DNA of 64,000 nt, from the NCBI GenBank assembly GCA_977018835.1, contig OZ361259.1:4216001-4280000 (forward strand), read 5' to 3'. Source of the DNA: Minutocellus sp. GHC0000111. Its lineage: Eukaryota. The notes beneath the pieces were generated by a model that was not told the DNA's origin, ran no database searches, and saw only the letters and a program-made list of their open reading frames with translations. The position numbers were made by a program, and so were the translations under genes. Each line of letters starts with the position of its first letter. Position 1 is the stretch's first letter. Shown one piece after another: positions 55,205-64,000 of this stretch.

Positions 55205-58200
55205 TCATCTCGCCTTCATTTGCTTTTGGGGTACTCTTTTTCGTTTTTTCTTCAACTTCGACGGTATCTTGAATCGAAGTTTCTTTGGCTGTCCGCCGGG
55301 GACCTTGATCTTAAATGAATGTTGTTTTCCTCCAATAATCATTGCAATCTCAAAGACATCGCCCTCCTTTAGGCCATCAGGGACATCAACAGTGCGGAAC
55401 TCATCTGCATTGCTACCCCCCTTTGCCGATGGTGACTTGCTTGTCTTCTTGACCTTGGCCTTGCTACTCTTCTTGGTCGGAGTCTTATCTTTATTCTTCT
55501 TGCCTGTTGACGATGAATCCTTCTTCTTATGCTTGTTATTACCTGATGAGGACGACTGTTTCTTCGGCGACTGCCCAATATCAGATTCGTTCGCTGCGCT
55601 TGGTGCATTGTCCCCTTTATTCTCGCCAATTCGATGCTCCGCATTATTCGCAGTCGTTGACTTGCTCGATTGGCGTTTCGCTCTCTTCTTCGTCGGCACC
55701 AGTGCCGGGAACAATTCCTCGCACTTGGCAATGGCGCATCGTAGTAGATTCATTTTGGCACTGTAATTTGAAGAAGTGCCTGCTGATGGCAAATCATCTT
55801 GTCCTTGGATAGAATTTGGACCCCCTTCGAGATCTTGAAACGCCTTACAAAGTGCCTCCACTTCAATTACTCCACCGCCTTCGATCTTCTGTGACTTCCA
55901 AGACCTATCGATTACCGGGGCTTTCAGTCGAAGGAAGCAGGAGTAAGCATCCTTGAAGATATCAATTCGCTTTGTCACTGCGTCGTTCTGGTCGCCTTCC
56001 AATTCCTGGAGCTCTTGGATCAAAATCTCGGCAATTGTTCGGTTCGCTCGTCGCTTGATGGACCAGAGGAACCCACTTCCATGCAATATGTTTTCCTTGT
56101 TGTGGAGCGTATTAGGAGCCGTTCCACCCAGGGCTGCACTGACGTCATAAAATGCTGGGAGGTCGCGTGACGCAGCATCAGCCCATCCCAAGAACGTCGT
56201 CAGGACATCTTTCCTTCTACACAGACCCATTATATCGATGTAGGCGTCGCAGTATTTCCAGCGCAAGTTGTCGTACTTTCGAATAGAATCGTTGAGAACC
56301 TCAAACGAGGATGGATTTCCGGTTGTAGCAACCCATACTCCACACAATTGAGGTCTGCAATATTGGAGAAGGGAGCAATTCAAGATTGGTGAATGCGTCG
56401 GAGGGGGGTAGAAAAGGGCATACCGTATTGAGAAGAATTCATAAATTAGAAAATAAGAATAGCCACCATGTCCGTTGAAAAAACCCTCTCTGCTTCATGC
56501 TCACCTCTTCTTATCGAACAGCGCGCTGATGACGGCCATGGCACTCTTGACGCAAGCTCCATCCCCAGTATTGAGGCCTCGGATGTGATAACTCTTTGTT
56601 GTGGGAATATCGCCGTGGCTGCCACGAGCATATCCTGATTCTGGGTCGCACAACACAGGAGCCCAGAGAAGGGCCATCGCGTGACGATACACCGACCGAT
56701 GGAAGAACTGATTGTCACTGCGTAACTTTGCCATTGCGGCAACACAGTCGGCAACGACCGCCCAAACACTGCTTCTTAGGTCTGCGTCAGGATCGTAGGG
56801 TGCCGACTCTTCACCGGGACTATTATGCCAAAGTGATCTGCTGATGCGGAGAGCCTCACGCTCGGCAGCTTCTCTGTCTTCCCTCGGATATCTTACAGCA
56901 GCGATATGAGTCTTCAATCTACAAGCGTGTTGGCGATATGTGATCTCTGGAAAGCCGTGAGATGATCCACCCTGCTGAAAATCTGTGATCCGTCCTCCAC
57001 GCTCAGCCTTCTTCATTTCTCGATACGAAGTTGCGTAACTGTGCCAACGTTGGTAGTGCAAGCAATAAGAGAAGCAAAAAGTTAGTGATGAAAAAGTAGT
57101 GATAGCAAGTACAATGTGCAAAATCACTTGCTACCCGTCTCTTGGTTGTAGGAACGAATGGCGCAAGCAAGACGTACCTTTCCAGAGCACACAGTAGCAT
57201 TCGCTCATATTCACGTCCAGTGGGACGACCGTCATCCGCTCCCATTGGTATTGGCTGCTGGGAAAATGCCTCTCCGGCGAGCGTTTTGGCAATCTTTTCT
57301 TCGCACTTCGCAATCATGAAGTAAAGATCATGGATATTTTCATCGAGCTTTCGACTGGCTGCAAAGTCAATTGCGGCTTGAAAATATGCCCTCGATTCAC
57401 GAGCTAGTCTCCTTCGATGAATATTTGTCATCTTTTGCATTGGATAGCCATAGGAAGTACCCCCCATTAGCTCGGCATAGCAAGAAGTGGCAAATTGTTC
57501 TGCAACCTCATAGCATAGCTCGTCCTTTTCATCAGACAGGTACTTGTCTTGAAGAGAGAGGTAATGCGCGGTTATAAAACATTTCTTCATCATGTCTGAG
57601 GTAGCCGAGACGAGGAGACCTCCCCATGCTCTTTGCCAACCAACAAAGTCTCCATTCTCAAACATGCCCTCAATCTCATCGAATGCAGCACGACCTTGTC
57701 GCTCTTCAGAGCTGTTGCCGCTCAGTTGGTCAGTACTAGCAGAGCCAGAGCAATAGACTTTCACTGCTTTGCTGCATGACCGTAATGACGATAGGGTTGC
57801 CCAGGGATGGTCCATGTACGGCATAAGATTTGAGCCGAGAAGAACAACTCGCTCTCCTCTCTTGATCTCGTCTTCGGCAAGCTGTTTCTCAATTAATTGC
57901 GGTAGAGGAAGCAATTTCTCTCCCTTCGGCTCGGTCTTGGGGACGCGAATGCCACTTTGATCTTGCTGAACTTTGTCTCGGGGCATGGTTAGACGATCAC
58001 AGATGATGTCGGCCTTAAATGATAAGAGCAATCCAAGCCGATACCAACTGTCGGCATCGGTAGGCTCATAGCACAGATAATCCAAAATAGCAGTGAATTT
58101 CTCGCAAATTTCTCGTTCGTAACGAGCTGTAGATTCGCGCTCAGCGGACTCGCTCTTTGTCTGATCTTTTTCCCTGCTCCCGACCACTTCGGACGTCAAC

Positions 58201-61200
58201 CCACCTGAGCCAGACATTCGTGGAAGAGCACCTTGGGCCATTTCTTCGCAAAATCCCTTGCGTACGAGACGTACCTCTTCCATTGCATCAACTGATACCT
58301 GTACTGGAGAGGACAGAGAGGACAAATCTAAATGTGAAGGTGGATTGCCCGATTGCTCCGTAGACATTGCCGCAGAATTGTTTTGGCCACCTTCTTCATC
58401 AGTAAGAACCCAGGTGGGAAATTGAGGAAGGAGTGTCACCGAGTCAGGATCTTTGCTCGAGACTGAGTCTCCACCATCAGATTGCAGTGTCGGCGAGCTC
58501 ATGCGTGAAAATACAAATTCTCGAATGGCCTTGCTCTTCTGCGTCTCTTCCGCCCGAGGAAGAGCAGCAGCCACGCATTCCAGGGCAGTTTTGGGAGGCG
58601 ATCTTCGTCCTTTCGTTGGGTACGCACGTCGAATACAACGATACAATTGCGCTGCCTTCTGTGTCGATTCAGGAGGGTAGAAACGAAATTTGGCTGAGTC
58701 GAGCTGCGAACCAATGGACATTACTGGAAAAGCCAGATCGCTGCTCTGTGAACTTCCTTGAGTTGTCAGTGTGAAGCCATGCAGGCAGCGGTAGGCCTTG
58801 TGAAGCAGAGCATCGAGCTGGTGGCCGGTTGATCGAGTGCTGTAGGGATATTGCTCCGCCCAAACTGCTCCGCGGCGGTCGGCTTGGTTACTGCCAAACA
58901 CAGTCAAAAGAATATCGGCAAATTTGGTCAGAGTTCGGACGGTCACAATTGGTAAGAGTGGCCCATGATCGACGGAAGCTCTCAGGAACAGCGCTTTGGG
59001 ACTCGAACATGCCAGCTTTTCGCTAATACCGGAGAAGATAAGTCCACAACATTGCACCGATTGAAGGATCATCTTGAGGAGACACCTACTACTGAGTGTG
59101 TCAGGGCCTCCCTGTTTGCTTCCATCTTCGCTCCCACTTCCATCGTCATCGGAGAACCACGCATTGGCGCTGTCATCCGTATCGCAGTATTCTGACATAG
59201 TGGCAAGAAATTCATCAGACTCCTTGTTGTGGGACGATAGAAAGAGCTGAGCGAAAACACTCCGTTCTCCACTGCCGATGGCACCACATAGCGCAATGAT
59301 TGATGAAGCTATCGGGACGATGAGTGTTCTGGCAGTCGTCCGATGGATAATACTGGCAGGAACGACCCCTGGATGCGAGGCTGGCATGTCCCTCGAACCA
59401 CCGATCACATCAGCGTTGATAATGTACTTCCAGAACCACAGAAGACTGTCAACGTACTTCACCATGAAGGAAAAGTCGCGCTTCAGTGGCGGCGTTGGAG
59501 ATGTTCCCATGGCTAAAGACAAATCAGAGGCTTCTTCGACGTTGTGGTCATCGGTCACCACGATGGACGAGATGAGATGGGATTCCTGAAGATCTCCGTC
59601 CGAGTAGAGAATTGACGGATTCAATGATAAAAGACGAGATATATCTGATCCAACAGTGGCAATAAAAGAAGCGTAAGCTGAGCACGCGGCTTGGTGTTGT
59701 GACCGTCGTATGCGCTGTTGCTGGGCGTTACTTTTTGATTTGGAACGAACAAGGATGGGGAAGCTCTTTCGCAGTCGGACAGTCACCTCGACCAAGGACC
59801 TGAAAACACAGGCGCTTAAATCCTTGTGTGCACTCTCATCGCGATCCTCAAGCTTATCAAAGAGAGCTGCAACAACGTACGAAATGGAATTAAGGACTTC
59901 AACTTTCGGTGGAGACTCGACGAGTTCAATCTGAGTAGACGACGACTCGTGTTTTCCTGAACTTAGTACGATGGCCTTGTGCAACAACTGCCGAAAGGAT
60001 AAACTTGAGGCGTATTCCTTCGCAAGGTCTGCATCAGGACATAGGGTAATCAATTCGGCGAGTTTCTCGATGAACAATCGAGAGATGAAAATTGCCTTCT
60101 CCTCTTGGATCATTTCGATCCGTCGATTGGTATTGCCATTCCCCCCAGGGGCCCCAGGGAGATCATCGTCGCTATCACTGAAGAAACCATCGCTGCTATC
60201 AGCTCCCCCTCGATCACTTAAAGGATTCTGCAGTGTTGATGATGTCTTGTCGCCTCTGCGTTGGGTCATGTACTGCTCAAATTGGTCCAGAGTCACCAAA
60301 GCAAGGCCGCTGAGCAACGACGCGTAAATCTTGAAAGCATCAACTCGGTTCTGAGCACAGGCAGTGAGAATCGTAAGAAGACTCGTATCTCTCGCCGATA
60401 ACATTTCCTTCCATTGCAACGAAGTAAGAGCTGCTACATTCCAAAGTCGCTTCCATTTTTGAGAAGGCAAGCTTTCGCCCTCGACTCGCGAAGTATCTGA
60501 AGATTCCGACCCAACCGATGGAAGCAAAACCTCTATCTCAGCATTATGATATTTCAGAAAGTCGGACATTAATTCTTCGTGCTTTCCGCCGAGCCCCTCG
60601 TATTGAACACCATATCGCCCAAGAAGCTCCGATGCAATTGTTTGGACGGTGGTCTCTTCCTCTGGGGTCAGCCCGACTGCGCCAACCGTCGATAGTGAGC
60701 GGTCGTCCAGCTTGAGCTCCTGGTATTGCTGCCGAGCACGAGACACGACGAAGGATGCCTGCAACTCATTCTGGTATGAAGAAAGAGTCAAGGTCGACAA
60801 TTCCCGCCAGTGCATTCCGGATCTACTTGGCGAAACAAGATGTGGCGTCTGCACTGAGAAAGAAGTATCGCCAAATTTTGCAAAGCAAGCCATGGCGCCA
60901 TCAATATTTTGAAGCGCTGCCGTCTCGGCGTCCCTAATATCCTGCAGCTCTGAGGCTGAGCGACTCAGCCACAAATTATACGAAGCAGCTAGCCAATGGC
61001 ATCGAAGTGCGATCTTTGTCACGTCGTCACTTGTTACATTGGACAAAGAAGCTGATTCGTCACTCCAACTTTCCGTCAACGTACGAGAAAGCTTGAGTAG
61101 CTGTGGGACCATGTAGGACAGACAAATTCCGTCGCCCTCGAAGGAGTTATTTGCAAAGGTTTCTTTTTCGCATCGCTTGAGACGTAGCTCTGCATTTACC

Positions 61201-63819
61201 AAATTCATGGCGATCACTTCAGCAATTTCTCGCACGGAATCACCGACTGCGAAGTCTTCTTTACCAAACCAGGAGGGAGAGATCGAGCATCGGTGTCCGC
61301 ATCGATTCGCAATAAGATCAAAGCCTGAATGCCAGTGAAAGTGATGAGTCAAGTCATTGAATTCAAGTGAGTTAGAGCAAATATATTCCATTCAACAGAT
61401 AATAGAAGAATCCACAATCCTGTTCCGAGCAACTTACATTCCAACACACAGGAGGAGAGCGCCACAACATCCCCTGCTTCGCTCGAAAATACATCATCGA
61501 TGTACCAAGACACGTGCAATAAGAACCGAACAAGAATATCGTTCGCTCCCGAATTTTTCTCACTCCACCTAAGACAAAAAGCTTTGAGTGAGGAGTCCAG
61601 GTCACCCATACGGGAGCTGCTATCATCGGGACCTAGAAAAGTCATGTTGCTTGCACCACCAACGTTCTTGGCGGGAGACATGGAGTCTGCACTAGCTGCA
61701 AGATTATCATTTGCTTGAGATTCCTTCCACCAAACATCCTTTTTTTGACATTCTGAGAAAACTGGATGCTGAGATGTGCAAGAAAAGACCGCTGATACCA
61801 GGCAATACTCTGCACTTTTCCGTTTCGCACTGCGCTCAGCATTCTTGCCGGATGTGATGCGCTTGGAGAGAACTCGCTTGGACGAGCGATTGGAGCGCGC
61901 GGATTTCTTTTTTGTTGATTTCGTCTTCTCTTTGGCTTGATCCTTGGCAGTATTTTGAGTGGCCTTTTCCTTTCCTTTGATTCCTGTCTTTCCGCCTTCC
62001 CCTCCTGTAGTGCCATTGTCCACGTTGGGCATTGATTCCTTCTCCTCAGGACCATTCTCGTGCAAAGAGGACTTCGCCATTCTTCGTTCTGTATCTGTTG
62101 TCCTCTGCCGACGAGCCTTTTCAGCTATCGCTCTTGCAGATACAACATCAGAAGAAAGGGCACGACAAGTGCATTCCAAATTCATAATATCGGGGCCAAT
62201 ACCACCTGCACAACGGGAAGTTGTTGAAAACAGTGGAGCACAAACAACAACAAAATTGATGAGAAATGAGATCTTAGAATCTATACATTTGGCAAATAAT
62301 GGATAAGGACTGCCCCAAATCAATACTGCAACTTACCACCCTCGCGTTCAATAAACTCGCAAACGGCACCCAACACACGTGCAGGAAGAATTAGCAACGG
62401 AGAGATGCGAATATCGATCAGTGCCGATCCAAAGTAGTCTTTTTCATTGATAGCCCGCCTATTCGATACCGGCAACGACATCAACGCAGCCGCCTCGTGT
62501 TGTGCAAAGGCACCTCCCAGCCGAAATGCTCTCATCAGGGCTCTGCCAGCCACCGACCAGGAATATCGAGGCAGATCAATAACGATTGGCGCTATTTCAG
62601 GCTGCTGCGCACGCACCGATAGGTACCGTGGTACCTTGGTCACGCCCGACTGTGCCTGCAGCTCACGATAGGCCCGGACGATTGCTCGGTTCGGTGGGGA
62701 ACCAGGAGGTAGACATTTCAGACCACTCTCGAGAGCATACCGCTCCAGTCGGTGATAGTCCAACAATGCGGGTGACGCCTCTTGGTTCGGGTAATAGTCA
62801 TAATCAGGTTCAATGTCCATTTCGTCGTTGCTGACGTTGCCATCGTCGTTATTGTTGCTCCTTTGAAGCCTCTGGACCTTGTTGGCAAACACGATCCGTC
62901 CCAGAGATCGAGCGGCACAGGCAATCTTGAGCCAAAGGGTCGGGTCGGATCGATCCAACTCCGAGGCATCGCAGTACGCGACCAGGGCTAGGCGCTTGGT
63001 ATCCTCCTCCGCCTCTCCACCCCAGCAGCAATTGAGGCACGTGGTGGTGCCGATGTCGGGTTCAGGAGGTCCAGACGCACCAGTCTTGAGAGCTGGCAGG
63101 ACCCGGACGGTACCCCGATCGAGCAGGGCAGCCGACTTATCGGTCACGGGTGGGGTGCAGCAGCATCCACAGGTGAGCAAATCGCCGTAGTTGACCAAGA
63201 CGAGGTATGTCAATTCCTTCACGGTTGACCGATGAGCCGCAGACGTCAGCGTGCTACTTGTACTACGACCAGCACCGGCGCTGGCATCGGCATGGGCCCC
63301 AACCTTGGCCAGACCCTGCGCCGTCTCGGTCCACGTCGGTGCGTACGGCCGAACGAGGGGGTCCATCAGGATGGACTCGGAGAGGGCAGTCCGGGCGGCC
63401 TTGGCAACTCGGCACATTGCCATTTCCTCGGTATCCTCAGCATCGGCATCGGCGGCGTCCTGGGCAGCATCGGCATCGGCACCGGCGGCGCCGGTCGCAG
63501 GCCCCAGGTTGCTCTTGCGGGCCCTGGCAATGGCAGCGCTGGCCCTGTGGAGAGCGCCGACGGCCGTCATGGCGGTATTGTACGATGCCGATAGGCGGGC
63601 AATGGCGGCCTCGGCGGTCTCGGCCGAGCGACGGCTCTTCTTGCGCTTGGCTTTGGTGCCGCTACTGCCAGCCTCGGCGGATGGATTGTGGTGCTGCTGC
63701 TCATCGGACGCATCGTATCCTCCGTCGTCACTTTCGTTGTCGCTGCTGCTGCCTCCTCGTCCCTGCTCGTCGGAGCGCCGCCGCTTGGCAACGTTCGCTG
63801 CTCGCCACCCTCCTGCCAT
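55205..63819 (-). CDS. CABIN1: CABIN1/HIR3-like subunit of the HIRA histone chaperone complex; about five exons (~63819-62337, 62205-61440, 61325-57177, 57038-56505, 56355-55205)
   Basis: Very large helical protein with TPR-like DPTLWLKIACAAR...LERYALESGL, DADSWYRLG, EITYRQHACRLK and FFHRSVYRHA, resembling CABIN1/Hir3. GT-AG introns lie between the ORF blocks; boundaries are approximate. Confidence 0.72.
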
Positions 63820-64000
63820 GATTGACCGAGCAGTGGGCCGGTGTGTGGTTGTCGGTTGTGGGGCCAGGGCAGGGGGCGGGCAGCAGCGGGAAGCAAAATC
63901 ACCACGTACTTCTGAGTCGAACAAGTCGAGACAAGGGGATGGGTCGATTGAGCCCTCATTTCTGTGCTCTGGCAACAAAGCAACATGAACGCCGTTGTGT

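Overview
Gene-dense eukaryotic nuclear DNA, almost certainly from a diatom. The evidence is short spliceosomal introns, bipartite ASAF-type plastid presequences, an alternative squalene epoxidase and a diatom-type PPR protein. About 25 host genes or gene remnants are present: AltSQE, S10 carboxypeptidase, TFIIE-alpha, retropepsin-like protease, WW protein, SohB/S49 peptidase, SPT4, USP22/UBP8, HisN, PPR, ESS2, ALG5 remnant, TAF10-like, ankyrin-RING, UBA-PUB-UBX, OM47-like beta-barrel, prolyl 4-hydroxylase, two paralogous Tudor+SET-like genes, MAD1, a histidine phosphatase and CABIN1/HIR3. There are three DNA transposons: two different TIR-bounded mariner-like elements (DD38D and DD39D) sitting end to end at 45.5-51.2 kb, and a deleted Transib/RAG1-like remnant at 24.8-26.5 kb. 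Main observations: (1) two of the three transposases appear to have had Tyr codons converted to His/Cys codons, suggesting a TpA-directed A-to-G hypermutation of repeats (opposite in direction to fungal RIP); (2) intergenic TA-xx-TA palindrome tracts have spacers matching the ends of the local mariners and may be stacked excision footprints; (3) normally essential genes carry nonsense substitutions or deletions, and there are several short tandem duplications, which suggests a decaying haplotype or subgenome. Most single-base frameshifts fall in homopolymers and are probably long-read errors. All family assignments come from motif recognition by eye; no searches were run.
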